Position numbers and translations under genes: made by a program
The notes under the pieces: model-generated
Told to the model about the DNA's origin: nothing
Database searches by the model: none
Seen by the model: only the letters and a program-made list of their open reading frames with translations
Shown: one piece after another, positions 12,369 through 25,510 of the stretch
Layout: every line of letters begins with the position of its first letter
How positions within the stretch are numbered: the stretch's first letter is position 1
From: Octopus sinensis
Lineage: Eukaryota
DNA length: 64,000 nt
Assembly: GCF_006345805.1 (NCBI RefSeq)
Contig: NC_043009.1
Span: 47,368,001 to 47,432,000 of the forward strand
Direction: 5' to 3'

Positions 12369-13463
12369 CTCTCTCCTTACTTTATCTTTTTTTTCTTTCA
12401 CCTTTTACTTGTTTCAGTTATTGAACTGTGCCCATGCTGGAGCACCACCTCGAAGGGTGTAGTCAAACAAATCAACCATATACATATATGTGTGTGTATG
12501 TGTGTGTGTGCATATGTTTGTGTGTTTGTGTTTGTCCTCCCAACATCACTTGACAACAGATGCAGGTATAAAAAAAAAAAAAGAAATGAATCGTCAATTG
12601 GTGACCATTATGGAGCAAGTTATACAACTAGACCAGAAGGTGTCCCAGACAGAAATGCTGCAGAAATTGGGACATCCTCAATTTTAAATGTCTAGAATGC
12701 CCCTGGAGAAAAGAGAATTAGGGTAACCTATCAATCAAATGCCAATGCAAATAGAAAAAGGCAAAGATATTCTTTTATATGTTTCAGCCCAAAGGTTATG
12801 GCCATGCTGGAGCACTGGCAAAGATGCTAGTATTGAGGGGTTATCACCCCAATGGTTCACAAGTGTTAGGTTCAAAGATATAACAAAGAGGTCAACCCTA
12901 CAAATAGGTGGCTGTTATATTGGAAATTAAGTAATAATATTGGATGCAATAGGATTTGTGAAGATGGCATCAACAATGCAGACAAAAAACTGAGATGTAC
13001 ACCTGAGCCATCCTCTTAATCTCAAGATAAGCATAAATTGCAAAGATAGAATTAAAATAACTTATTACTGACAATGAATTGAAATCTTATAATTTATTGC
13101 CTATTATGCCAATTTATTTTATTGTATAAGAATTTCAATTACAAATCAATGCAAATACGTGGAATTGATTGCAATAAGTTTGGTAGAGTAATACTCTTTA
13201 GTGTCCTTTAGCTATCAAAGATAGTATCATTGAATTTTCTCATGTCCCATTATTGACAATAATATAATTTCCTGCCAAGTGTTTCCTTATATGGTAGTTA
13301 GCCTTATGAAGTAAAAAAAAAGAGATCTTTGAAAAAAGATTTTTGTTATCGCTACAATATGAAAAAAACATTGTAAATGAGATATGATAATAACTATGTT
13401 CACAGACTGTTAGAGCATATAATACAAATATAAACTGTATAATAAAAAAGAAACCAACTATAC

Positions 13464-13538
13464 CTTGCTGGGTAAGTTTTCAAATATATTACAACCCTCT
13501 GTGTTCAAAATACACATTGATTGAGCAAAATGATGTCT
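13464..13538 (-). CDS. PDE2A: PDE2-like exon E10: RHHFAQSMCILNTEGCNIFENLPSK
   Basis: Acceptor tctaacag, donor gtatag; 75 nt, phase 0-0. Confidence 0.96.
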
Positions 13539-13995
13539 CTGTTAGAAATAAACAAAGGAGGAAATGTTCAGACCATTTTTGAAAATTTCTTTATATTGTA
13601 TTTTACAACTAAAAACTATAAAGCTAAAATGAAGTATGATACCATTGTCATTTTATTAGCATTATTTTACAACTGCTTTCTATGTCGGCATGGGGCTTGG
13701 AACTGTTAATAGGGTCTGAGTTAGTTCTTATTTTGAAATGCTGCTCTCTTAGAAGGGTTAGCGGATCAGGTCTCACTTGTGCGTTTCATTCTTGGCTTGG
13801 TTTCAATGGCTGGAGCAAACACCACAAAACATTTTATCGAATATCTAATGACTCTGATGATTTATTGGTTTTTAACTATAAAATAATGAGGTGTGTGAAT
13901 TGAGGTCGATTTGGGAAGCTTCCCTACACTTTCTTGATGAAGATCCACAGTATCATAAGATATAAAGAGGTCATGAGTGTGTGTGTGTGTGTGTG

Positions 13996-14073
<78 letters not shown>

Positions 14074-14555
14074 TTCTCTTTGAAATGGGCTGCATTGAAT
14101 AATGTAACCCAAGATATACCGTGAAGAGAAATAGAAGGAATACTTTTGATGATAAGTCTATTGAGTAAACTTGCCTGGGGCTGAATAATGTATCAACCAC
14201 TAGCTGTAATCTGATTTTGACCCTTAAATATTTTAATGACAATGGGGAATATAATATGTGGTATCTTAAGTAGACTGGAGAAATTACTAAGTGAACTGTG
14301 TCTTGGAGGTTTTACAAGATGTCTTTGAGATTTTCTAAGAGAGCTAGAATCGTATAATTAATATAAAGGATGAGTTAATATAAAGCTAGTCAACTAGCTG
14401 CATATCCTGACAACCATAGACTTGGGTGTCAATGCAGAAGTAATTAGGATGATAATGATGACAACGACGATGATGCTGGTAGCTATGGTGATGATCATGA
14501 TTATGATAAAATTAATAACATCATAACTGAAGTGGAATGAATAAGTGTAGCTTAC

Positions 14556-14603
14556 CTCCATTACTGAGCCTTCAGAACTGTAAAGAGCAGCTAGCACAGA
14601 TTG
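14556..14603 (-). CDS. PDE2A: PDE2-like exon E9: QSVLAALYSSEGSVME
   Basis: Acceptor tttcag, donor gtaagc; 48 nt, phase 0-0. LAALYSSEGSVME is PDE2-diagnostic. Confidence 0.97.
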
Positions 14604-14989
14604 CTGAAATGAAAAGATATTGCCTTAAGTTATTATGGAAGCATTGGGTGTTGGATAATATAATTATGTTAGAAGAAGCATAGGGGTGTAAAAAAAAAAA
14701 TCTTACAGCAGCTTATTAGGGAGTTGTGAAAGGGGCTTTTGCTGGTAGGCATATATGTGTATAAGGAGTGATATGAATGTATTAAGTACCATATGAATTC
14801 TAAGTGATAGTTGAAAATATATGGATTATAATGTATAATAATGTAAGGAATGACTGACTGACCAACTGTCTGTCTGTCTGTCTATCCATCTATCCATTCA
14901 TTTATTCATTGATTTTTGCAACCAGCTAATCTGGGAAGGGTTGTTGGGGTAGAGTCCTCCAGTATCTCTTCCAAAGGATCCTATCAAAG

Positions 14990-15320
14990 GTAACCACCAT
15001 TACACTTTCCTGCTGGATTCCTGAGTGTAACCAACAAAGACTATGGATATCAACTAACCATCTCGCCTTGGTCAGCCCAGTTGGCTTGGATTGAAAGAAC
15101 CATCATGCAGCCCTTTCCTATGGCATTCCAACCACACGTCTGTAGTGCTGGAGCTGTGATTGCTCAATGCCAGAGAAGTAGCAGCATGGCCTAGAGAGAT
15201 ACTTTGATTTCTGTGCTATGCAACATGTCGAGTAACATTATTCCAGGAATCCTACTGAGGAATCCCAATTTGGCTGCTTTTATTTATGATTGCGTTCCCT
15301 TGGTCAGAACCCAACATTTA
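14990..15320 (-). pseudogene. Decayed RTE-clade ORF2 C-terminal relic (different lineage)
   Basis: CWVLTKG..IKAAKLGFLSRIPG resembles the RTE WVxT..IQAAEMxFLRRIxG motif; contains stops. Confidence 0.55.
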
Positions 15321-15334
15321 TGACCAGGTAAACC

Positions 15335-15908
15335 CTTCTTTTACTTGTTTCAGTCATGTGACTGTGGCCATGCTGGAGCACTTCCTTTAGTCAAGCAAAT
15401 CGCCCCCAGTACTTATTGTTTGTAAGCCGAGTACTTATTCTATCGGTCTCTTTTGCCGAACTGCTAAGTTACGGGGATGTAAACACACCAGCATCGGTTG
15501 TCAAGCAATGTTGAGGGGACAAACACAGACACACAAACACACACACATATATATATACATATATACATATATACTACACTCTCGGAGTGGTTGGCGTTAG
15601 GAAGGGCATCCAGCTGTAGAAACACTGCCAGATCTGACTGGCCTGGTGCAGCCTTCGGGCTCCCCAGACACCAGTTGAACCGTCCAACCCATGCTAGCAT
15701 GGAAAGCGGACGTTAAATGATGATGATGATGATGATGATGATATACGACGGGTTTCTTTCAGTTTCTGTCTACCAAATCCACTCACAAGGCTTTGGTCAG
15801 TCCGAAGCTATAGTAGAAGACACTTGCCCAAGGTGCCACGCAGTGGGACTGAACCTGGAACCATGTGGTTCGTAAGCAAGCTACTTACTACACAGCCACT
15901 CCTATGCC
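15335..15908 (-). mobile_element. SINE family A copy split by an RTE tail
   Basis: Tail 15335-15560, head 15743-15908. Confidence 0.85.
15574..15742 (+). mobile_element. RTE 3'-tail fragment inserted into the central microsatellite of a SINE
   Basis: Matches the revcomp of 3863-4030; ends in (gat)n; SINE halves lie on both sides. Confidence 0.85.
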
Positions 15909-16553
15909 TATATACTTCACACACTCAACTGTTTCAGACCTACTTTAGTAACTAATAGTTATATTTGAATGGAGAAAATGTTCCGAGGGCAGTCCCCTAC
16001 CATGGCCTTGATAGTAATAGTATGCTTCCTGTGATTTTGACCATTGCTTATGTTATGTCAACATCTCATAGGATGCAAGGTGGCAAGTTGGCAGAATGTG
16101 CTGGGCAAAATGCTTAGCAGCATTTTGTTCTACTTCACGCTCTGAGTTCAAATGCTACCAGGGTCGACTTTGCCTTTCATCCTTTCGGGGTTGATAAAAT
16201 AAGTATCAGTTGAACACCAGAGTTGATGTAATTGACTTACCCCTCCCCCCAAATTGCTGGCCTTGTGCCAAAATTTGAAACCAATAACTTATATTATAGA
16301 TCTATGTCAGAAATGGCTAAAATATCATACTAAATTACAAACAACAGCAAAGTGTGTATGCATGTGTGTGCTTTTTGTAAAATCTTTGACCTGGTGGTCA
16401 GATCATTGTTATTCATTCATAGAACACATTGGCTGAAGGTAAACATTAACAGAATATGTTTACTGATTGACAGTAAACAAGATTTACAAACAGTGAAGTA
16501 GTGAACATTATGAATATGTGATGAACAGAGATGAGTAGTAGTAAACAACTTAC

Positions 16554-16641
16554 TGAAGCTACTTGGAAGGAGTTGTTGGTTCCCCTGTGGTCAATGTCAT
16601 GGCATAAACAGGATACAAAAAGAGCAAATATTTCCAATTCA
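16554..16641 (-). CDS. PDE2A: PDE2-like exon E8 (HD signature): [29 protein letters not shown]
   Basis: Acceptor ctttcag, donor gtaagt; 88 nt, phase 2 to 0. HDxxHxGxxN PDE signature, nearly identical to PDE2A. Confidence 0.98.
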
Positions 16642-17110
16642 CTGAAAGAAAAATACAATGATAAAAGAAAAATTAATTGCAGTATTTTCTACTCAATAAA
16701 CATTTCTCTGCTGTTTAACTGCGTGTATACAAATGTAAAAATTGTATATACACACACACACATTCATATTTATGCATATACACACAGAACATCTACTCAA
16801 TATTTAACTGAATAAACAATCTACCTGTTAGTGTTTAATTGCTGAGACAATGAAAATATCATAGCAGCTAACTGCCTTTGATTTACATATCAAAGGGATG
16901 GACAAACGGAGAGGAGATATACTGTCATTTATACAAATAGACTATACTATACATTTTACATTTAATGATGCCCACTTACTGTAAAATACAGTATGAACAT
17001 CTTGTGAGACGACTGCAGTAGTATGAAACCAACCATACAACTGCTCAACGAGAAGTGACATGAATAACAATAAGAGCAGCAACAACAACAGAATGAAAGC
17101 TTCAACTTAC

Positions 17111-17233
17111 TCCAAATATTCATGTAACCGTGCATTTTTTACCATGACGTAAGCATAATGAGCCACTGAGAACGCATGAATCCAGTTGTGATAAGGAGGG
17201 TTGCGATAGCCTTTCTTGACCATTAATATGAAT
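17111..17233 (-). CDS. PDE2A: PDE2-like exon E7 (catalytic YHN..H motif): [40 protein letters not shown](D)
   Basis: Acceptor ttgatag, donor gtaagt; 123 nt, phase 2-2. Class I PDE motif YHNxxH. Confidence 0.97.
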
Positions 17234-17382
17234 CTATCAACAAATAATAATAGAATGATAAATATGGCAAAATCTAAAAATACAGGAAAAATCTGTTACT
17301 GTCAGCAGCAGCATTCAGTGTTACTATTAAACACATATACCTCACACACTCAACTGTTTCAAATCTACTTCAGTAACTAATA

Positions 17383-17931
17383 TTGGGCCGTCTGGAAAGT
17401 TTGTGCCAATTTATAGTAGCTTACCTTTCGACTTATTTTAGAACATGGTTGAGTCCATAAAATAGGATTTGAGCACAGTTTAAGGTATCTTTTCGTGGAA
17501 GAAAATTTATGTTCCTATAACCTGTGTTAATTTTGTAACCCTTTAAAATGCAAGATAAGAAAGTTCATTTTTGGCACATGATGCTTTGGGAACCAGACAA
17601 AAATTGCTGCAGCTCGGCTGGTATGTGTTATCCCACCCTCCATATTCTCCAGATATTGCTCCTTTGGATTTCCACTTATTCAGGTCTCAGCAGAATAGTC
17701 TTAATGGTAAAAATTTCAATTTCTTGGATGACGTAAAAAGATACCTTGATGAATACTTTGCCATGAAACCACCTCAATTCTGGGAAGAGGGTATTTTCAA
17801 GTTAAAGGAGAGATGGAGATGCATTTTTCAACAAAATGGTCCATATTTGGTTGATTAAAAATGTAATGGCAAGTATTTATTGACCTTTTCCTCTCCTTTA
17901 AAAATCGGCACGAACTTTCCGAACAACCCAA
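17383..17931 (+). mobile_element. Internally deleted mariner (Tc1/mariner) element, 549 bp
   Basis: TIRs ttggg(c/t)(c/t)gt...gaaagtt..tgcc.attt, TA duplication (17381-82, 17932-33), transposase C-terminus HPPYSPDIAPLDFHLF. Confidence 0.92.
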
Positions 17932-18754
17932 TAGTTATTATATTTGAATGGAGAAAATGTTCCTAAGGCAGTGCTCCAGCATGGCCTTAATAGTAATAGT
18001 TGAGATGCTTCCTGTGAGTTTAAACATTGCTTATATTATGAAGATCTTGAATGATGAAAATGTTAATACAATATTGTATTTCATACCAGTCTCACCTACA
18101 CATATACCCAATAATCAAAATTTTAATAATTTAATTGCCTACTAAAATATTGATTAATTAATTAGAGGTGCACCAGCAGTGTCAAATAAAATATAGTCAT
18201 GTACAGCCACATTTAACATGTTTATGTACACTCGGACATGGAAAGATTTCTTCTCTTGAGGCAACTTCTGCAGCATATTGTCTTTCCATGTTCAAATGTA
18301 CATGAACATTGTAAATGTGACTGTATATAACTATATTCATTAATTACATAATCCACCAATTTCTTCTACTCCATTCATAACTAGGATACATTATAGGAAT
18401 ATAAACTGACTTGGTACTTGATTGGTACTTTAGTTTCTCAATCTCAAAGAGAATGAAAAATAAAATAAATCATATCAAACCAGTAATTGGCTGGTTCTGT
18501 TTTATCAAGCCTAACCCTGGTGTGGTTTGAACTCAGAATGTAATGTAACATAACTAAATACTGCTAATCATTTTTTTCCGGCACTACCAATTTTACTAAA
18601 TTATCACCACTTTGTACTTTAGAATATTGAAAAGAAAAACTTAAAGAAATATTCCAAAATCTGTTCTTTAAGTTTGAAGCATTTTTATGAAATCAGCATA
18701 TATAAAAATTTCCAAACAAAATATAATAAATTAATGGCAATTAATTAGACCTAC

Positions 18755-18825
18755 CTCACTAAAGAATCTTTTCTAATACGCCATCGGGTGGTGAAGCCTA
18801 AATCTTCAAACATAAAGGCGACAGC
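18755..18825 (-). CDS. PDE2A: PDE2-like exon E6: AVAFMFEDLGFTTRWRIRKDSLV(R)
   Basis: Acceptor ttttacag, donor gtaggt; 71 nt, phase 0 to 2. Confidence 0.92.
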
Positions 18826-19314
18826 CTGTAAAATAATAATATGCATTAGAAGTATTATATATATGTATGTATATGCAAGTAGTGTATTTTGTGGCATGGA
18901 AGATGATCTCTTTCTAAAAACATTTGAAAACTACTGTGCATCTTCCATGATGCTAGTTGAGAAATTGTTGCATTATTTAACACTACAGCTCATAATAGAT
19001 GTAGAAAAGGTATGTTATATTAAAAATGTCCATTTCTTTTATGGATTCTTTTAAAAAGTTAATTACATGATGACCTATAAAGGACTGATGATGCTTAAGG
19101 CCCAACCACACAATGAAGCAGTGTCCAGCAGTGTGCTGTCATACATAAGGGGAGGCTTTCCATAGAGGCGTTATACGCCCCAATATTAGACTATTTTCTT
19201 CAGTCAATATGCAGTGATTGCTTATAAGCTTTAAGCTTATAAAATATTATTATTATTTACAGAATAATCATTGCAGAAAACTCACATGCTTGTTTGTTTA
19301 AAAGACACTATGAA

Positions 19315-19503
19315 CACGTAAAAAGCACCCACTACACTCACGGAGTGGTTGGCGTTAGGAAGGGCATCCAGCCGTAGAAACACTGCCAGATTTGACTGGG
19401 CCTGATGAAGCCTTCTGGCTTCACAGACCCCAGTAGAACCGTCCAACCCATGCTAGCATGGAAAACGGACGCTAAATGATGATGATGATGATGATGATGA
19501 TGA
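19315..19503 (+). mobile_element. RTE 3'-tail fragment
   Basis: aaaagcacccactacact...ggaaaacggacgctaaat(gat)n. Confidence 0.85.
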
Positions 19504-19505
19504 TA

Positions 19506-19855
19506 CATGATGCTATATATAACACTATGAAAAAGATACTATGAAATATATATATATATACATGATGCTATATATAACACTATGAAAAAGATACTATGAA
19601 ATATATATATATATACATGATGCTATATATAACACTATGAAAAAGATACTATGAAATATATATATATATACATGATGCTATATATAACACTATGAAAAAG
19701 ATACTATGAAATATATATATATATACATGATGCTATATATAACACTATGAAAAAGATACTATGAAATATATATATATATACATGATGCTATATATAACAC
19801 TATGAAAAAGATACTATGAAATATATATATATATATATATACATGATGCTATACA
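19506..19855. repeat. Minisatellite, 55-bp unit x6 (starts 19506, 19561, 19616, 19671, 19726, 19781; last unit 61 bp)
   Basis: catgatgctatatataacactatgaaaaagatactatgaa(at)n, read directly. Confidence 0.95.
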
Positions 19856-20282
19856 TGAGTGTCTAATGAGACAATCTTTTGATTAAAAAAAAATCATTAA
19901 CTTTCTCTTTGGAAAGTAGTGGGAGTTACTTTGTATTATAATGAACTGAAAAAAAAGAAAGAAAACCTTAGGTAATGTAAAGTTTACTTTGTGACTAATT
20001 ATCATGTTTATTTATCATGGTTAATATCACAATTTTATCTTTAAAAGGTTCACAATTGTAGTTTTGGTATCAAATGCTATTAACAGGATCTTAAGAAATA
20101 GATAGCATACTTATATAAAAATAAACTCTAATGCTTCAAATAAAATACAAGAAACTACATATATACCTCCTTCACTAAGGGGGTATATATGTAGGTTATT
20201 AGGGTAACACTTCAATATTTAATAGCATATTAAAATCTAACGAGGTTTAAAAATGGAATATTTATTAAATCATCTGTCTTAC

Positions 20283-20402
20283 CTTACAAGTGTCATTTTC
20301 GGGTACCCAGCGAGGAGCAAAGGTGAATTTATCAAAATCCAGAGAGAAATCAGTTAATGTATCAGTTTCACACACCAGTTGACTGGTCTCTTCAGGTGAA
20401 AC
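20283..20402 (-). CDS. PDE2A: PDE2-like exon E5: VSPEETSQLVCETDTLTDFSLDFDKFTFAPRWVPENDTCK
   Basis: Acceptor gtgctag, donor gtaaga; 120 nt, phase 0-0. Aligns to recalled VSDDEY...FTYTPRSLPEDDTSM. Confidence 0.9.
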
Positions 20403-21689
20403 CTAGCACACACAAAGAAATCCTTGTAACAAACATAGTTAAATATTAATTTCAAATTTTGGCTCATGGCCCAGCAATTTCAGGGGAGGGAGTAAGTCGA
20501 TTACATCAACCCCAGTGCTTGACTGGTACTTTTTTTTTCTGTCCTGAAAGGATGAAAGGCAAAGTTGACCTCGACAGGATTTGAACTCTGAATGTAAAGA
20601 TGGATGAAATGCCGCTACGTGTTATGCCTGGTGCAGTAATAATTCTGCCAGCTGGACACCTTTAATATTAACGATTATAAGTTGGTTATTAAAATTGATT
20701 TTCAATTTAAGAGTAATGCCACTCCTTTTGAAGGAGTGAACACTTGGCTATTTCAATCATAGCATTCGACTGGCATTTTGTTTAAAGATGAGCAAAAGGC
20801 AAAATTGATTTCAGTGATACAAGGGGATGAAAGTGAACACCAGAAGTTATTTTGTCTGGTACTGCACCAATTTTGTGAGTCAATTTGCAAGTGGATTTAT
20901 TCATCAGATAACTAAATTCATTCCTTGGAATATATTTACTACTGATCAAATGTTTAAAATCCCCTTGATCCCAGATGTGCTCAATGAAAGCATATCTGGG
21001 ACTAAAAAAACAACAGCAACAGAGAAAAAGAAACATTTGAAGATTATACAAAGCAGACATCTGCAACAACAACAACAACAACAACAACGACAAGATTAAC
21101 AATAACAACAATAATAATAACGATAATAGGAAAGCAATCAGATAACTAGCTAAGATATACACAAAACAAACACACACACAAAAAAAAGCCTTTATCGAAG
21201 TGGTGTTGAAAATAGAAAAAAGTGCTTCACAGAAAATTCACAAAGAATACAAGAAAGCCAGTGAAGTGAAATGAGATTAAAAGAAAAATTTTTTTCCTGA
21301 ATTCCACTGTTTTATTAACAAAAAAAATCACCTCAAAAAAACAAAACAAAACAAAACAAAAATCATCTCCACTAATTTCCTGTTTATTATGTGAAATATA
21401 ATTAAATTTACAATAACTGATTTTCAGTCAATTCAATAAATGTTCAGCTTTTGACCCTTGGTGTGCACCTGTATGAGCGTGTCTTAATAAATATGCATGT
21501 GTAGAATGAGGTGTCAACTAGTGTACAGCACTTTCACCAACATTGCCAGCAGGCGGTTGCAAAGGGTTCACACATTAACAAAGGCTGCAGAGTCTGTTAT
21601 TGTGTTAATGTGTAAAATATTAGTTATCAATTGATAATCAAATTACAAAACTGACACACACACATACACACACAGGTACTCGATTACAT

Positions 21690-21744
21690 GTTTATACATA
21701 TGTGTGTGTGTATGTATGTGTGTGTGTGTGTGTGTGTATATATG

Positions 21745-21828
<84 letters not shown>

Positions 21829-21934
21829 TATATGTATGTTTGCACATACACACACACGCATGCATACAGGTACATGTTGATACATATATGTGTATATGTA
21901 TGTGTATATATATATGTAAATATATATGTTCATG

Positions 21935-21992
<58 letters not shown>

Positions 21993-22075
21993 CATATAAC
22001 ATATATATATATATATATGTTTGTATGCACACACATATATAATTTATACATAATATACATGCACACATATAACAT
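21690..22075. repeat. Compound (TA)n/(TG)n/(CA)n microsatellite block, representative of many (e.g. 3770-3862, 7546-7650, 32935-33110, 45130-45330, 48190-48430, 51910-52215)
   Basis: Direct reading; these blocks produce the spurious YI/CV ORFs. Confidence 0.95.
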
Positions 22076-22282
22076 TATTAACAATCATTCTAGTAAATTC
22101 CATTAATTTTCAGACATTCTGATTTTGAAAGTCATAGAACTTTCTAGATATTGGTTATTATTGTACAATTGAGTAATGACTGCCAATGTATGTGTGAGTT
22201 ACCAGAGGTGACTAAGTGAATGCATCTAGAGAGATCAACATGGAGGATTTGGTTAAATACAGGTGTAGTAATTTTGGTTAGT

Positions 22283-22520
22283 GGGAGTGCATGGCCTAGT
22301 GGTTAGAGCAGCGGACTCGCGGTCGAGGGATCGCAGGTTTGAATCTCAGACTGGGCGATGTGTGTGTTTATGAGTGAAACACCTAAGCTCCACGCAGCTC
22401 TGGCAGAAGGTAATGGCGAACTTCAGCTGACTCTTTCGCCACAACTTTCTCTCACTCTTCCCTCCTGCATCTTGCAGCTCACCTGCGACGGATCGGCATC
22501 CCATCCAGGTGGGGAATCTA
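22283..22520 (+). mobile_element. SINE family D-like head with a third tail
   Basis: gcatggcctagtggttagagcagcggactcg..acacctaagctccacg..caactttctctcactctt. Confidence 0.75.
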
Positions 22521-23383
22521 TAGCCCAAGGAAACCAGGCTTTATGAGCCAGGCATGGCTTGAGAAGGAACAAACAATTCTGGTTATCGAACTGGTGAGAT
22601 TGTTGAATACAGAAGACTGGGAAAGATTGGCTGCAGATAGGCTTTACTCTTCTAAGAACAAGGGTATAGTATCTATCTTTAGCTGTTTTAGTTGTGATCT
22701 TGCTGATCAGGAATCAGCCATGTTTGGATATCATTCCAAAGATGCCCAAGATGCCACGCAGTGGGAATGAACCTGGAACCATGTGGTTGGTTAGCAAGCT
22801 ACTTACCACACAGCCACTCCTGCACCTACATTCAGGAAAAACAGATTTTAGTGCATTAAAGCATGTAATTTTGGCCTAACTTTGCATATAGGACCTGGGG
22901 TAATTTTTTGAGGAAAACAAAGTGTCTCAAATACCATCAAATATGTTACTTAACTACTTACATATCTATCCATCTAGCTATCTAACCCCCCACCCCACCA
23001 CCAAATACACATGCGTATATGCACATATACACATACGCTTACAAATATATCATGCCTAAGGAAGAAGTTAAGGAATGTTTCCATAATGTAATGAGTTTAG
23101 AGCTGGCCAATTTTCAGACGCACAAATGTCTGTGATTAACTGACAGAACAGGCTTTTGTGTCTATGTTTTCACCGTGATCTGTTAACAACTAATGTGTGC
23201 AGACATGCGTAATTGCATTGCATATGTTTACGCATATCTATTGTTATACAGAGACACACAAACATGCCTGCCTGTGTGTGTATGCATAAATACACACACA
23301 CACGCACATATATATACAAACACACACATATAAGTTTATTACATATATGAACACAATACATGTGCACACACTTATACAAACAA

Positions 23384-23415
<32 letters not shown>

Positions 23416-24325
23416 CTGCTCTCCTGCATGAAATTTCAAGTGTATTTTAGAAAGATTGTATTTTAGAAAGATCTAGAGCATTTTACATTTCAAAATGACA
23501 AACCAGATTCTAAGATTAGCTTTTAAAGATCAACCAGAATAAAGACAAAATCAAAAAAACAAAAACCCAGAAAAACAAACAAAAATCTTGACGTTCCAAT
23601 GTAATTACTATGGAACATACAAAGCTAACAGAATGATGGCAGCGCCACACCATGATTCACATATACCTGCTACGATCGTGTCACCACAAATATCACATAC
23701 ATATTTGTTGTAAGGCTGACCTCACTAGATCTTCTACACATATACATTTGTATTCATTGTAATGGTAGAACTACAAAAGTACCACTCATTGTTAGGAGGC
23801 ATGACACGCTTACACACACAAATTCAATCACAATGCTTTGGTTGGCCTGAGACTATAGCAGAAGACACTTGCTCAAGGTGCCAAGCAGTGGGACTGAACC
23901 CAAAACCATGTGGCTGGGAAGCAAACTTCCCAAGCACACAACCACTTATTATAATGGTAATACCGCATATTATTTACCATAGTTTTTAGGTCAGTATTGT
24001 CCATGCTGTCATGGGTTTGACAAAATTTTTACAATAATTCCAGGTCTTGTGAATGAATTTGGTAAATAGGAACACTAGAAATTTTATTGTATCTTGGGAG
24101 GAATCAATATGTCAGTACGAAACACATGCACTGGTTCCATTTCACTTTTATCATTATTAGTCAACTAGTTAACCTTTTAACCAATTAGCTAATCAATGTT
24201 TGATTATCAAGCAGTCAATCAATCAATTGGCTAGGTTCATCAGATTCCTTTCATCACCATCTGTGACCTCATCAATGACATTACTCTTTTAACTCCAAGT
24301 CCATCTCTGTTCTAGTTTCAGATTT

Positions 24326-24835
24326 TATCATCATCATCATCCTTTAACGTCCATTGTCCATGCTGCTTTGACCAGAGCTGGCAAGCTGGGGATCTACACC
24401 AGACTCCAGTCTGATTTGGCATGGGATCTATAGCTGGATACCCTTCCTAACACTAACCACTTTACAGAATGTGCTGGGTGCTTTTACATGGCACTTCACA
24501 GGGACTTTTTTTATATTTATATCTATGGGCCTCACGAAGGCAGTGACAAGTGACCGAGATCTTTGGTTATATATTATGCTTGAGAAGACTTGTCAAGCTA
24601 AGTGAGGTCATAGTCGTGGCCAATACCAGTGCTAGGTAACTGGCACTAGTGCAAGTGGCATGTAATAAGCACCTACTACACTCTTGGAGTGATTGGTGTA
24701 AGGAAAAGCATCCAGCTGTAGAAACCATGCCAAGTCAGATTAAAACCTGATGCAACTCCCCACTTACCAGTTTTCAGTCAAACTGTCCAACCCATGCCAG
24801 CATGGAAAGCAGATGTTAAATGCTGGTAATGATGA
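24326..24835. mobile_element. Two diverged RTE 3' tails in inverted orientation (minus ~24326-24500, plus ~24640-24835)
   Basis: Both match the tail consensus, on opposite strands. Confidence 0.7.
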
Positions 24836-25510
24836 TATATATGTGTGTGCATGTTTGTGTGAATTTATATGAGTGTGTGAATGTTCAAGATTGTGAGTGC
24901 AAATGAATACAAATACTGATATCCCACAACTTCACATGATTGAAATGATGATTTGATGTTGGCATTATGACTGTTTTCTCAGTGCTTTCAAAAGCCTGCA
25001 GAATATGAAATCCCTTATTCGAAAAACAGGCAACATTTGGTAACAGGAAGAGCACCCAGCCATAAAATCTTGCCTCATGTAAGAAGCCCCTGCCCAACTA
25101 ATGCTAGCTTGGAAAAACGGATTTTAGCTCTCTGAACATGGAAAGCTGATATATCTACACAAAATTTTATTACTGTTAACTGCAGAGAGGTTTTACCTCA
25201 CAGCTTTGAAACAAAAAAAAAAAGCCTCTCCTTATGTTGTAAGAAGCAGACACACCTCAGTGACAGTTTACGAAAGACAATTTTTCAGATTTTCTTAATT
25301 ATTTTTTTTCCACATATTTCATGAAATATCTCTTTCCAGAACAAGAATCAAATACTTTTAGTGGTGGAGATGAAAACAGTAACTTACAGGAAATACTAAA
25401 AATATATTGCAGAAAGCGAAAATATAAAAACCTATTTTTTCTTTTTGTGGAAAATTAAGAACATTGCAAGAATTATGATGAAATTTAATTACGCAGTTAA
25501 AGGGTTAAAA

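Noticed and set aside
20827-21099. PolyQ-ending ORF, and the (CAG)-type repeat at 32744-32800
   Set aside because: Simple (CAA)/(CAG) repeats in intronic sequence with no exon structure.
20782-21177. 131-aa minus-strand ORF with an exon-like stretch (YAFIEHIWDQGDFKHL...) just upstream of E5
   Set aside because: No PDE2 homology. Both candidate acceptors open it in phase 2 while the intron is phase 0 (phase 0 hits a stop), and there is no convincing donor.
21643-22106. Many ORFs rich in YI/IY/CV/HT repeats (also 3681-4005, 32861-33263, 45067-45392, 51791-52289, 53943-54391)
   Set aside because: Translations of (TA)n/(TG)n/(CA)n microsatellites; no coding signal.
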